Positions 47,149 to 57,718 are shown, counted from the stretch's first letter. The stretch is DNA of 64,000 nt from Parvibaculaceae bacterium (GCA_965248405.1 OZ252104.1:992738-1056737), one strand, 5' to 3'. A program made the numbers and translations. The notes: generated from the letters alone by a model not told the origin.

Positions 47149-50100
47149 CTACTCAGCTGGCTGAGAATGTCTCCAGTCTTCCTGGTCCCGACGTCGCAAG
47201 AAACGCCGGTTCTGGAAAGACCGTTTGAAGCGGCTGGGGGCGACCAGCAGGACGGGAACCAGCACCAGTGTCAGCAGGGTTGAAAAGCCAAGACCGAAAA
47301 TGATGGCCGTCGAGAGCTGTACCCACCAGGCGGCAACGGGGCCGCCATAGGTGATTTCCCTGGCAAAGAAGTTCACGTTCACCTGGATCGCCATTGGCAA
47401 GAGGCCAAACATGGTTGTGATCGTTGTGAGCAGAATTGGCCGCAGGCGTTGCCCGGCTGTTCGGAGGACTGCCTCAATCTCATCCATGCCGTCTTTCAAC
47501 AAACGCTGGAACGTATCGATCAACACGATCGAGTTGTTCACCACGATGCCTGCCAGAGCCACGATTCCGGTTCCCGTCATAATGATCGAGAAGGTTTGCC
47601 CGGTCACCATCATGCCCAGAAGCACACCGACAGTTGAGAGAACCACTGTGGAGAGCGTTAGAACCGAGAAATAGAAGCTGTTAAACTGCGTGAGCAGAAT
47701 AATAAACATCAGGAAGAGAGCAGCCAGCATGGCTCTGGAGAGGAACTCCCCTGACTCTGCCTGTTCTTCATTGGCGCCACGGAATCTGACGGTCACCGCC
47801 GGGTCAATCGTCTGCTTGGAAATCCAGTCTTCCAGAATGCCGACAACTTCGTCGACATTCCTTTTGTCACCCGTCTCTGGGTTGACGCCGGTATTGGCTT
47901 TCAAGGTGTAACGCCGGTGTCCATCAATGCGCTCAATGGTTGAGACCTGTTGTTGTGGCTCCCGTGACACAAAGTTGCTGATGGGGACCAGACCGTTATT
48001 GGTTCGGATGCGAAGCTGGTCCAACTGCGCGACGCTTCGATACTCTGTTGGATAGCGAACACGAATATCGACTTCGTCTTCTGCATCATCCGGTCTGTAA
48101 TTGCCGATAAGGATACCGTTGGTCACAAGCTGAACCGTCGCACCGACGGTTGTAATGTCTGCGCCAAAACGCCCCGCCATTTCGCGGTCGACGGACAAGA
48201 CCCATTCAATCCCGGGTAGGGGACGTGAATCTTCGACGTCAATTAGGCCAAGGTCCGTATTGTCGACATGGTGTCGGATGAAATCCATGGTGCGCAGGAG
48301 CGCGTCCACATCGTCAGAGGTCAACTCGATCTGAATATCTTTACCCGTTGGGGGGCCGTCCTCACGTTTACGTACTTCAACCGTGATCCCGGGGATTTGG
48401 GCGGCACGCTGCCGGATTTCCTCCAGAATGATGGCCCCTTTGCGACGCGTTTCATACTTGTCGAGCTCGATCATCATTTCGGCGATCTGGTCGGCAGGCC
48501 GGTCTCCACCGCCGGACCCAGGTCCGCCACCGCCTACAGATGTCCCTGCTTGCGAAAACACCGTCCGCACACCATCGGTCGACAGGGCAATGTCTTCGAC
48601 GTCTTTCGCCAAGCGTTGCATGTCAGTTGCCGAGAGGTTTCCTCTGGCGCCGACAAGAATGATTGCCTGTTCGGGCTCCGTATCGACGAAGAACTCAACA
48701 CCATTCCCCAAATAGCTATAGGCGACAATGGTGGTGATAAGAACTGCTCCCGCACCGCTCAGCACCAAAAGTGGGTGGTGAACCAGCTTGTCGAGCATAC
48801 GAACATAGGAGCCCGTGAGTCCGGGAAGGTCGCGCACATCGCCGGTCTCGGCGCCCGCGAGCATCTTCAAGACATCGCTGTCCTGATCTTCTGTTTTGCC
48901 GACAAGCGACCCAAGGACGGGCAGGAAGAGCATGGCCGTAATGAAGGAAGCTGTAAGAACCACGATCAGCGTGATGGGCAGGTAAGACATGAACTCACCA
49001 CTCACACCGGGCCACGCCAGCATCGGCAGGAAGGCGGCAAGCGTTGTCGCGGTGGAGGAGGCGATCGGCCAGAACATGCGTTTGGCGCCGAGCGAATAGG
49101 CCTCCAGACGGTCCAGACCCTCGGCCATTTTTCGGTCGGCATACTCAACCACAACGATGGCACCGTCGACGAGAATACCCACCGACAGCAACATGCCGAA
49201 CATGACCATCATGTTCACCGTCATGCCCATGATGGACATGAACAGAAAGCCGATCATGAAAGAAGTCGGGATCGCGATACCCACGAGAATGGAAGAGCGC
49301 ATGCCAAGGGCTGCAACACAGACAATCATCACGAGTGCGATGGCGGTGATGATGGATGCCTGCAGGGATCCGAGGGCACGGAAGATCCAGGTCGATGCAT
49401 CCAGCGTGTAGTTCACCTGGATCTCATCAGGCCAGTTTTTTGAAAAACTCTCCACAACATCGACAACCTGCTTGTTGTTGTCGACAATGTTCTCTCCAAT
49501 GCGCTTGGTAATCTGCAACGCAATCGCCGGTTGTCCGTTGAAGCGCGCAAACGAGTCCACATCCTTGAATGTGCGGCGAATATCGGCGAGATCTGAGAGT
49601 GTTACCACGCCGTCGCCTGACACTTTGATCGGAAGATTGAGCACATCGTCGCGGTCTTCAAAGAGGCCCGGCACTTTCACAGAGAAACGACCTTCGCCCG
49701 TATTCACCGCACCAGCCGCAACCAGACGGTTGTTGAGCGTGACAGCGTTGATCAGCTCTGACTGAGAAACGTCATAGGACTCCATACGCGAGGGGTCGAT
49801 AATGACCTCAAGCAGTTCTTCCCGGTGCCCTACAAGCTCTGCTTGTAGAACGGTGGGCACATTGCCCTCGATTTCGTCTTTCAGTGCCCGCGCATGCTGG
49901 AACAATGTCCGTTCCGGCACATCACCCGACAGGGTGACAATGAGGACAGGGAAGAGAGAGGTGTTGAACTCTCGGATGGTGGGTTCTTCGGTATCACCCG
50001 GAAGTTCGGCTTTCGCTAGATCGACCTTCTCACGTACATCAGCAAGGGCGTTGTCTTTGTCAAAACTCACATCGAATTCGAGGATAATCCCTGCATGCCC

Positions 50101-50361
50101 TGTGGAGGCGATCGCTGTTAACTCATCAAGTCCTTCCAGGGAGCGAAGCTCGGTCTCCATCGGTTTGATGAGCAGGCGCTCAGCATCCTCCGGGGAGATG
50201 CCCTGGTGGGTGATGGAAACGTAGAAAACCGGGATTTGGATATCCGGGTCCGCTTCTTTTGGGATGGAGATGTAGGATGACACCCCAGCCAACACCATCA
50301 GAACCATCAATGTCATGACGGTCCTGGTGCGGGCTATGGCGGCATCGATAAAGCTGTTCAT
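47149..50361 (-). CDS. RND efflux transporter permease (AcrB/HAE1-like)
   Basis: 1070 aa. Twelve-TM topology with two large periplasmic loops. MNSFIDAAIARTRTVMTLMVLMVLAG is a typical N-terminus. The start overlaps the MFP stop (ATGA). Confidence 0.9.
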   Translation of the reverse strand: MNSFIDAAIARTRTVMTLMVLMVLAGVSSYISIPKEADPDIQIPVFYVSITHQGISPEDAERLLIKPMETELRSLEGLDELTAIASTGHAGIILEFDVSFDKDNALADVREKVDLAKAELPGDTEEPTIREFNTSLFPVLIVTLSGDVPERTLFQHARALKDEIEGNVPTVLQAELVGHREELLEVIIDPSRMESYDVSQSELINAVTLNNRLVAAGAVNTGEGRFSVKVPGLFEDRDDVLNLPIKVSGDGVVTLSDLADIRRTFKDVDSFARFNGQPAIALQITKRIGENIVDNNKQVVDVVESFSKNWPDEIQVNYTLDASTWIFRALGSLQASIITAIALVMIVCVAALGMRSSILVGIAIPTSFMIGFLFMSIMGMTVNMMVMFGMLLSVGILVDGAIVVVEYADRKMAEGLDRLEAYSLGAKRMFWPIASSTATTLAAFLPMLAWPGVSGEFMSYLPITLIVVLTASFITAMLFLPVLGSLVGKTEDQDSDVLKMLAGAETGDVRDLPGLTGSYVRMLDKLVHHPLLVLSGAGAVLITTIVAYSYLGNGVEFFVDTEPEQAIILVGARGNLSATDMQRLAKDVEDIALSTDGVRTVFSQAGTSVGGGGPGSGGGDRPADQIAEMMIELDKYETRRKGAIILEEIRQRAAQIPGITVEVRKREDGPPTGKDIQIELTSDDVDALLRTMDFIRHHVDNTDLGLIDVEDSRPLPGIEWVLSVDREMAGRFGADITTVGATVQLVTNGILIGNYRPDDAEDEVDIRVRYPTEYRSVAQLDQLRIRTNNGLVPISNFVSREPQQQVSTIERIDGHRRYTLKANTGVNPETGDKRNVDEVVGILEDWISKQTIDPAVTVRFRGANEEQAESGEFLSRAMLAALFLMFIILLTQFNSFYFSVLTLSTVVLSTVGVLLGMMVTGQTFSIIMTGTGIVALAGIVVNNSIVLIDTFQRLLKDGMDEIEAVLRTAGQRLRPILLTTITTMFGLLPMAIQVNVNFFAREITYGGPVAAWWVQLSTAIIFGLGFSTLLTLVLVPVLLVAPSRFKRSFQNRRFLRRRDQEDWRHSQPAE

Positions 50362-51482
50362 GAGGCAGCCCCAATCTCGTTTTCATAAGTGACATCAACC
50401 GTCTGTCCGGGAACCACAAAGTCCTGCCCAACAGTGATGAGCTTTGCGCTGGTTGGGAGGCCGGTCACCCAGACCCCTTCGGGGCCGTCGGCCAGGATCT
50501 GGACCCGTTGGAAATGAACCACATTGTCGTCGTCGAGGATTCTCAGACCAATGGTGCCAGCATCATCCAGTCCGAGGATCGATGGCGGGACGCGATGGGC
50601 CATAACCTCAGTGCTAGGTACACGAATCTCTGCGGTGACGCCCGCGCGGAGCTTACGGTCCGCGTTGGGCACCTCAAGCTCGACCAGGAAGGTTCGGGTT
50701 GCAGGATCTGCCGTGGTTGCGATGAAGCGGACGCGGCCCTCGACCGTCTCGCCGCTCACCAAAGTTGCCGTGCCAATTGTGCCTTCCTGAATTTTGTCAA
50801 CGTCGGTTTCAGCGACCTGTCCGACGACCAGGAACGGGTCCATGTCTACAATGGTTGCACAAGGTTGAGAGACCTGCAGATAGTCGCCGACCTCTACTGG
50901 CCGTTCGTCCATCACACCGTCAAACGGCGCTAGGATTCTCGTGTGGCTGAGTTCAACTTCCTGTTGTTTGACCTGCGCGCGCGCGGCATCATACGCGGCC
51001 TGCGAGGCTGCAGCCTGTGTTTCAGACCTGTGTCCACGTGCGGCAAGCTTTTGTGCGGCATCGAGTTCGAGCCAGCGCTGCCTCATCAACGCTTCGGCCT
51101 CAGCCATGCGTGCATCACGTGCGTTAAGGGACAAGCGGCAGATCACATCACCCTTTTCTACGGACGAGCCTTTCTCTACAGGAAGTTCGACAATGGTGCC
51201 GGAAGTCTCTGCCCGCACCTGAACTGACCTGACGGCCTCGGTCCGCCCGCGAATGACAACTTCAGTGTTGCGTGACTCAGCGTGAAAAATGGCTGCGCGC
51301 ACCCTGGGAGTACGTGCGGCAGGTTGCTCGGTATTCGCTGATGTTATGACCTCACCGTTTTCATCGACGTCAACGACGTCCGCTTCGCCATTGCCTATCT
51401 GCCCGGATAGAACCCAAGCTCCGATGATAGCCGCAATTATCAGCGCCAAAATGTGAGAACGCCGCAAGCTCATCTTATTCAA
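50358..51482 (-). CDS. RND efflux periplasmic adaptor (membrane fusion protein)
   Basis: 374 aa. N-terminal anchor, coiled-coil hairpin region (ARDARMAEAEALMRQRWLE...) and beta-barrel domains. It is translationally coupled to the pump gene. Confidence 0.85.
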   Translation of the reverse strand: MNKMSLRRSHILALIIAAIIGAWVLSGQIGNGEADVVDVDENGEVITSANTEQPAARTPRVRAAIFHAESRNTEVVIRGRTEAVRSVQVRAETSGTIVELPVEKGSSVEKGDVICRLSLNARDARMAEAEALMRQRWLELDAAQKLAARGHRSETQAAASQAAYDAARAQVKQQEVELSHTRILAPFDGVMDERPVEVGDYLQVSQPCATIVDMDPFLVVGQVAETDVDKIQEGTIGTATLVSGETVEGRVRFIATTADPATRTFLVELEVPNADRKLRAGVTAEIRVPSTEVMAHRVPPSILGLDDAGTIGLRILDDDNVVHFQRVQILADGPEGVWVTGLPTSAKLITVGQDFVVPGQTVDVTYENEIGAAS

Positions 51483-51558
51483 CCTTCTATTCTCGGTCCT
51501 TCTTGGACCTTTTCGTTGACCAACTCGGCCAACATGTCGTTCCAGAAACCGGCGATTG

Positions 51559-52101
51559 TCAGCGTACCGGCTCTACCTCGTTGTTACGCACCTGGTCTTC
51601 CACCAGATGCCTGTTCTCTTTGATAAATTTCAAGGACGCCTTCATCACGGCCTCCCCGTACTTCCGGACAAACTCTTGTCCCGGATTTACGCAACTATCT
51701 TGTTCCGACTTCAGCTCTTGAAGCTCGCTTCGAATGCTTTGGACGCGGTCCTCAAGAAGGCTGGTAACCCGCTCCGGCGACAACATGTCGGCAAAGAGCA
51801 TCACAAAGAGAAACTCTGACTTGAAACGGTCCTCTGCTAGAGGTTTCGCCAGCGCCTTTTCAAGCTCCCGTTTGCCCTCAGCTGTGATCGAATAGATTTT
51901 TTTGTCCGGTCTGCCCCCCTGTTGCTGTGACTTACATGTCAGCAGGCCATCATCCGTAAGGCGGGTAAGGGCAGGGTAAATCGAGCCGAAACTTGCCTCA
52001 TGAAAATGAGAAAAGATGCCGGATTCGAACATTTTCTTGATCTCATAGCCTGTGGCATCGCCCAAATCGAGCGCACCGAGACAGAGTATTTTGACGTCCA
52101 T
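51559..52101 (-). CDS. PadR-family transcriptional regulator
   Basis: 180 aa. GYEIKKMFE...SFGSIYPALTRLTDDGLL is a winged-helix PadR motif. It lies upstream of and co-oriented with the MFP-RND genes. Confidence 0.85.
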   Translation of the reverse strand: MDVKILCLGALDLGDATGYEIKKMFESGIFSHFHEASFGSIYPALTRLTDDGLLTCKSQQQGGRPDKKIYSITAEGKRELEKALAKPLAEDRFKSEFLFVMLFADMLSPERVTSLLEDRVQSIRSELQELKSEQDSCVNPGQEFVRKYGEAVMKASLKFIKENRHLVEDQVRNNEVEPVR

Positions 52102-52274
52102 TCTTCTATTCTGGCCTCATGGGGGGAAATGAGGCTTCCACGCTGTTTTGGGGGCTGCGTATCGTGGCTATATATAGGTTCGATATATCACTCGCCAAGG
52201 CGCAGCAAGGAAGAAATTGTAAAATTTTGTAACGAAATCAGGGTGCTGGGAGCATCAGGCGGGCAGGCGGAGGA

Positions 52275-53510
52275 TCAGTCGATCGACATGGCGTCGGTCA
52301 AAGAACGTTTCGGCCCGCGCTGCATCACGGCTCGCCCGTGAACAACTCGGAGCTGGCCGCTTTCTAAAGCCCGTGATCGTGAAAGCCAGACCTGGCCCTC
52401 TGCCATGAGGGTGTCGACATAGGTGCGCGAGAACGAGCCCGACTTGAGGCTTTCCACCATGGCTTTCCACCCTGTCTGGATCGCCGCAATGTAGGACGCT
52501 GTGATGTCATCCATCGATTTCACATCGAACCGCAGCTCAAGCAGAAGCTCTCGATATTCATCGACCGTTGCGGGGTAAGGCTTTTCCGGTTCTGCCTGAC
52601 GCCAATCGATAACGGACTTGTTCTCTGTCGACCTGTTGGCCAGGACGAAATCGGTGAATATGAGCGATCCATTTGGGCACAGCGATTCACCAATTACCGA
52701 AAGAGCGGCTTTTCTGTCCGGCAGGAAGCAAAGCATCTCCCGGGCAACGACGATGTTGTAGCTGTTCTTGTCGAGAGCCTGATCGAGCTGGTTAGCGTCA
52801 TATGAGCGTATGCTCGCGCGGTCTGCAAAATCCGTTGCTTCGGAGAGCTTATTGGCTGCATTTGCAAGATCGCTATCGCGCTCAAACCCTTCCACCATGG
52901 CGCCGGTTTTGGAGGCGATGTAGCGAACACCATTCCCGAGACCGCCGCTCAAATCGACAATGTGGGAGTCTGAAGAAGGCTTTGCTTCGCCAATCAGGTT
53001 GAACGTCATCGTCTCTCCGCCAGGCAGCGAGTTTCCCTCGCCCCAGATACTCTGGATAATTTGACGACGCTCTACAGCGGGATCAACCGGAGCTTCCCGT
53101 GCCCGATCACTCGCAGCCTTCGGCTTCTTCGCGGTAACTTTGGAGGTCTGAGGGATGAAGTCTTCACCATCCCACCAGGCGCGGACACGTGACCAAAGCT
53201 GCACATATCCATCATCATCGGCATCTTGTTTTGATGCGGACGGTTTTGGTTGGGGTTTGGCTGTGCCATTTTTGGTTTTGGCTTTGACCCTAGACGAGCC
53301 AGGGCGCGCCTGGCTGGTTTGGGCAGTCATACGTTTTTCAGGGTGCTGACGAAGAAATGTGGTGAGCGCTTCGTTGTGCTCAGCGCTCAGTTTGCGCATG
53401 CGTTTGAAGCGATCGATCGCACTTGGGGACATCTCGGACAAGCCAGAGACGAACTCCCGCTGGGACAATTTTCTGAGCTCTGATGAGCTGATTGTGGCCA
53501 GGTTAGACAT
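52275..53510 (-). CDS. class I SAM-dependent methyltransferase-like protein with a Lys/Pro-rich linker
   Basis: About 411 aa. The N-terminal helical region is followed by a low-complexity stretch (KAKTKNGTAKPQPKPSASKQD). The methyltransferase core has IVDLSGGLGNG (motif I-like), VEGFERD and NIVVAREML...PNGSLIFTDF. The ATG at 53510 is preceded by an in-frame TTG. Confidence 0.65.
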   Translation of the reverse strand: MSNLATISSSELRKLSQREFVSGLSEMSPSAIDRFKRMRKLSAEHNEALTTFLRQHPEKRMTAQTSQARPGSSRVKAKTKNGTAKPQPKPSASKQDADDDGYVQLWSRVRAWWDGEDFIPQTSKVTAKKPKAASDRAREAPVDPAVERRQIIQSIWGEGNSLPGGETMTFNLIGEAKPSSDSHIVDLSGGLGNGVRYIASKTGAMVEGFERDSDLANAANKLSEATDFADRASIRSYDANQLDQALDKNSYNIVVAREMLCFLPDRKAALSVIGESLCPNGSLIFTDFVLANRSTENKSVIDWRQAEPEKPYPATVDEYRELLLELRFDVKSMDDITASYIAAIQTGWKAMVESLKSGSFSRTYVDTLMAEGQVWLSRSRALESGQLRVVHGRAVMQRGPKRSLTDAMSID

Positions 53511-53793
53511 CAATCAATCATTTCATCGCTGTTCCGACCCCGGAGCTTCTCGGCCAGGGCACCCCCGTTTGATGAAATCTTGCCTTTATTTGATTAACAT
53601 TTCGTGAGAGGTGTAAAAACACACCTTTTGGGTGGGGGGTATCGGCAGGTCAGGCTTTTATTTTTGCTTTAAATACAAAGAACTGTTGATGAGAGTTCGC
53701 TCCCGGGGCACCCTCAGCAGAATGCAGAACGAAAGATTGGTTTTCGGCTGTCAGAAGATAACCAAAGTCATCTATGAGTAAAAAAGAAGTGGA

Positions 53794-56118
53794 GTGGGGC
53801 ACCTGACTAGTATCTGGCCAAGTGACGCTAGTCAGCGAAATCCAAAACTGGTGCTGGTGGTCTGGCTGTTCCTGTTTCTTGGAATGATCGCGGGCGGCAA
53901 GAACCTGACTGTCTCCTTCGACACCCGTATCTTTTATTCAGAGCAGAACCAGCTGCTGCTGCAACTGAGAGACTTTGAACGCAAGTTTTCCCAGAACAAT
54001 AACATCCTGTTTGTCATCAGCCCGCGCGATGAATCCGACGGACGTATCGCCACAGTTGAGACATTGCAAGCACTGGTCGATATCACCGACCAGGCGTGGC
54101 GGCTCCCTCATTCAACGCAGGTGGAGAGCCTCACAAATTTTCCACGGATCGTTTCAGATGAAGATGCGTTCTCAGTTTTGGAGATGGTTTCGTCGTCCGC
54201 GCAGTTAACGCCGCGCGATGCAATGGCCATTGAAGAAGAGGCCTTGAACGATCCTCTGGTGGTCAATCGACTGCTGTCGGCTGACGGACGCACGACTGGC
54301 ATCAACGCCAACTTCAATCTACCTCCTTCCGCTTCTTCCGAAGTTCAGGAGATTACGCAGGCTGCTCACGCGTTTGTTCAGAAGATCGAAACGGATTATC
54401 CGCATCTTCAGGTCCACCTGACCGGCAACGTGATGTTGATGACGACGTTCAACGAGGCATCTCATGTGGACGCCCGGCTTTTGGTGCCTGTCGCACTAAT
54501 TGTTGCGGCTATCATTGTTGCTGTGTTTTTGCGGTCTCGAAACGGCACGATTGCGGTGCTCTCAATCCTGGGGGTTGCGAGTCTTGCTTCAATGGGCGTG
54601 GCGGGCTGGTTCGGCCACGTCATCACACCAGCTTCCATTGCGGCACCCGTCATCGTGATATCGATTGCTCTTGCGTCGACCATTCATGTCGTCATTGCGG
54701 TCAAACATGAGTTGGCGTCGGGCGCTGAGAACGAAATCGCCATAAGACAGGCGATCAAGACAAATGCGGCCGCAGTCGGCTTAACAAACCTCACGACGGC
54801 GGTCGGGTTTCTTGCCATGAACCGAGCGGACGCACCGCCGCTCAACGACATGGGAAACATTGTCTTTGCGGGCATCGTCTTAAGCTATCTGCTGACATTT
54901 ACTTGGTTGCCAGCCGTCTTGACACTCCTCCCAATGAAGCCGTCACAGGACCGCTCAGCGGCATTGATGGCCGGAGTAGGGCGCCTGATCAACAGGCTGC
55001 GGTGGGTTCTTATGATCGTCGTAAGTGCCGGCGTGCTGGCGACGATTGGGGGGCTGGGACAGATCCGGCTGGACGATGATTTCGTGCGCTATTTTGACCA
55101 TCGCTTTGAATATCGCGTTGCTTCGGATTTTGCGGAAGAACGTTTGACCGGTCTCAATATCATGGAGTTTGACCTTGAGACCGGGGTCGACGGAGGTGTT
55201 TACACGCCCGAATATCAGCTTTTTTTGGCTGAGTTTGCCGAGTGGCTCCGAATACAGCCCGGTGTTGCGTATATCGCGGACATCTCAGAGATTACCAGGC
55301 GTATCCATACGGCGATGCGCGTTGTTGACGAACCGGCCCGCGATGGTATCCCGGAAAATGCGGACCTTATCTCTCAGTACTTTCTTCTGTACGAATTGTC
55401 GCTTCCCTATGGAGCCTCTATTACCGATCGGATCAATGTCTCGCGGAGTGCGAGCCGCGTGACGATCATTATGCGCGGCCTCACATCTGGTGAAATCAGA
55501 ACGTTGCATGAGCGTGCCACCGTTTGGCTGGCTGCAAATGCACCCCGAGAAACGGCAACAACAGGTATCAGCATCAATGTCCTGTTTGCCTACCTGTCGA
55601 ATGACAATATCCGATCGATGATCACAGGTACTTTTGTCTCCATTTTGATCATAGGGCTGATCATTGCCGTCGCGTTGCGCAGTTTTGCATTAGGGACGCT
55701 GAGCCTTGCGACCAATCTGTTGCCCGCGATTGTGGGATTTGGTCTCTGGGGTTACTTCATCCAGGATATCGGGATCGCCGGTGCCGTGATCACGACGATG
55801 ACGCTGGGGATTGTGGTGGATGACACAATCCATTTCCTCATGAAGTACCGGCGGCAACGCAAAGCAGGAGAAACGCCAGCCGCAGCAATTGAGACAGTCT
55901 TCTCGACGGTGGGGGTTGCGATGGTCATTACGAGCATTTCGCTCGCAGCAGGGTTTATTGTGCTGTCGTTATCCGGTTTTCAAATCAACCGGTCACTGGG
56001 AATTCAGACATCAATCATTGTTGTCGTCGCCCTCGGCATTTGTTGGTTCCTGCTGCCAGCCCTGTTACGGTTAATGGACAAGGGTGGCCGTGAACTTGCA
56101 GTTGCGGATAGGGAATGA
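53794..56118 (+). CDS. RND-superfamily exporter, HAE3/MMPL-like (HpnN-type architecture)
   Basis: 774 aa. Two repeats of one TM, a large loop and five TM. The N-terminus KLVLVVWLFLFLGMIAGGKNLTVSFDTRIFY and the SLTNF motif are typical of this family. GTG start. Confidence 0.8.
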   Translation: MGHLTSIWPSDASQRNPKLVLVVWLFLFLGMIAGGKNLTVSFDTRIFYSEQNQLLLQLRDFERKFSQNNNILFVISPRDESDGRIATVETLQALVDITDQAWRLPHSTQVESLTNFPRIVSDEDAFSVLEMVSSSAQLTPRDAMAIEEEALNDPLVVNRLLSADGRTTGINANFNLPPSASSEVQEITQAAHAFVQKIETDYPHLQVHLTGNVMLMTTFNEASHVDARLLVPVALIVAAIIVAVFLRSRNGTIAVLSILGVASLASMGVAGWFGHVITPASIAAPVIVISIALASTIHVVIAVKHELASGAENEIAIRQAIKTNAAAVGLTNLTTAVGFLAMNRADAPPLNDMGNIVFAGIVLSYLLTFTWLPAVLTLLPMKPSQDRSAALMAGVGRLINRLRWVLMIVVSAGVLATIGGLGQIRLDDDFVRYFDHRFEYRVASDFAEERLTGLNIMEFDLETGVDGGVYTPEYQLFLAEFAEWLRIQPGVAYIADISEITRRIHTAMRVVDEPARDGIPENADLISQYFLLYELSLPYGASITDRINVSRSASRVTIIMRGLTSGEIRTLHERATVWLAANAPRETATTGISINVLFAYLSNDNIRSMITGTFVSILIIGLIIAVALRSFALGTLSLATNLLPAIVGFGLWGYFIQDIGIAGAVITTMTLGIVVDDTIHFLMKYRRQRKAGETPAAAIETVFSTVGVAMVITSISLAAGFIVLSLSGFQINRSLGIQTSIIVVVALGICWFLLPALLRLMDKGGRELAVADRE

Positions 56119-56263
56119 TCCGGGGCGACACGTTGACGGGCGTTATGCAGAACCATGGTAGTGATTTTCTATGGTTAAGCTTGGAAATTTGTACCGAAAC
56201 CGGACACGGATGATCTATATTGAAACGGCAAAATTAGTTTTGCTCATCAAGGAACAGTAAAAA

Positions 56264-57718
56264 ATGCGTACATATGAGCAGCTCACGGGGGCCAAAGGCA
56301 GAAAGGTATTTTACCGCGCTGAACGGTTTCGGGCTGACCACCTTTTCAAGGACGTCGTGCCGGCTGTGGACCTGGGAGGCGACCGCGCAGCACTAAAAGA
56401 CGTGTCGATGACGGGTCTAGCAGCCCAAAGCGGTGAACTGGACTATTGGGATGGACGGCTGGGCGATGAAATTCCCGTACGTCTGTGCATCGCAGATGAC
56501 ACACTCTACGAGGGCTCCGGACGCATCCGCCGGATTGAACCAAGCGGCGTTCGTACAACTGTCGCTGTGGAGCTGACCACCGGCTATATCGACATTCCTT
56601 CCGTCGTGACTGACCACGACCAGTTCCTTTTGTCTCGGGCGCTCGCCGATCCGCAATTTGGAGCGGCATCCAACATTCTTCCCGAGTACCAGCAGCTGGC
56701 TGCAGAAATCATCTACCTGTTCCGGTCTTACCGAGACCTGCTCTCGCGCTTCGAGGAACGCCTGGGCGATGTATCAGAAGAAGAACGGGCGAAGCAGCTG
56801 CATGAGGCGCTTGTCGCATGTGAAGAGAAAATGGTTCCGCAGTGGAAAGAGCTTTGGTATCGCGGTAACGATATCACCTTCCCCATGTTGGACGATCCTA
56901 TCGCGCTCGCAGAACACAAGCGCTACACCGAACAGGTGTTGACGCCTGATTTCATGCCGGGTCCTGTTATGCGCCGCTGCTACGAAAAGCCGCTTGGCTA
57001 TCCGGGCGACTATCAGATTATGAACTATGTCTATCGATGGGAGAAAGTGGGCGACACGCCCTACGAGAAGCTTCTCCACCGCATCGGTATCGAGACAGGC
57101 GAGTGCGTTGGGACGCGCCTGCGGATGACTCAGAAGTTCATCGATGAGAAGGTGCGTGAGACAGCAGGAAGCGAGGTGATGAACATCACCAACCTTGGCT
57201 GTGGCTCGGCCTACGAGGTTGCTGACTTCCTGAAGATTGACACCTTGCCGCGGCCAGTCAACTTCACGCTTATCGATCAGGACCATGACGCTCTGTCATA
57301 CGCTTATGAACATGCTCATCCGCAGGTGGTGCGGCATGACGGCAACGCCCGGATACAGTGTCTGCAGGCGTCCTTCGCGCAGCTATTGAAGGCAGGTCCA
57401 CTGTTTAACTCGCTCCCGCCTCAGGACATGATTTATAGCTTAGGCCTCTATGATTATCTCTCGGCGCGCCGCGCGAAGGCATTGACTCACGAACTTTACA
57501 ATCAGTTGGCGCCAGGTGGTTATATGGTGCTTGCGAACGTGAAGACAGGCCGTGAGACCTGTATGTGGCCGCTGGAATTCATCACTGACTGGAGCCTGGT
57601 CTACCGGACAGCTGATGAAATGTGGGACATGGTAGATGGTCTGGACTGTGAGCGAATTTCGCTTGAGGAAGATAAGACCAAATGCGTCTATGTCATGACT
57701 GTTCGCAAGCCGGCTTAA
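56264..57718 (+). CDS. two-domain protein: PilZ-like N-terminus plus C-terminal class I SAM-dependent methyltransferase
   Basis: The N-terminus has an Arg cluster YRAERFR (aa 17-23) and DVSMTG (aa 46-51, which fits D-x-S-x-x-G). The C-terminus has VMNITNLGCGSAYEV (motif I), TLIDQD (acidic end of beta-2) and GGYMVLANV. AAGGAAC RBS. Confidence 0.65.
   Translation: MRTYEQLTGAKGRKVFYRAERFRADHLFKDVVPAVDLGGDRAALKDVSMTGLAAQSGELDYWDGRLGDEIPVRLCIADDTLYEGSGRIRRIEPSGVRTTVAVELTTGYIDIPSVVTDHDQFLLSRALADPQFGAASNILPEYQQLAAEIIYLFRSYRDLLSRFEERLGDVSEEERAKQLHEALVACEEKMVPQWKELWYRGNDITFPMLDDPIALAEHKRYTEQVLTPDFMPGPVMRRCYEKPLGYPGDYQIMNYVYRWEKVGDTPYEKLLHRIGIETGECVGTRLRMTQKFIDEKVRETAGSEVMNITNLGCGSAYEVADFLKIDTLPRPVNFTLIDQDHDALSYAYEHAHPQVVRHDGNARIQCLQASFAQLLKAGPLFNSLPPQDMIYSLGLYDYLSARRAKALTHELYNQLAPGGYMVLANVKTGRETCMWPLEFITDWSLVYRTADEMWDMVDGLDCERISLEEDKTKCVYVMTVRKPA

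Noticed and set aside
52015-52035. GGATTCGAAC, the reverse complement of a tRNA T-arm-like GTTCGAATCC.
   Set aside because: It lies inside the padR coding frame. No acceptor or anticodon stems can be drawn around it. I found no tRNA-like cloverleaf anywhere in the window.
53641-53660. GGCAGGTCAGGC, reminiscent of the SRP (4.5S) RNA conserved helix.
   Set aside because: The remainder of the SRP domain IV consensus (CCGGAAGGAAGCAGCC-like) is absent.
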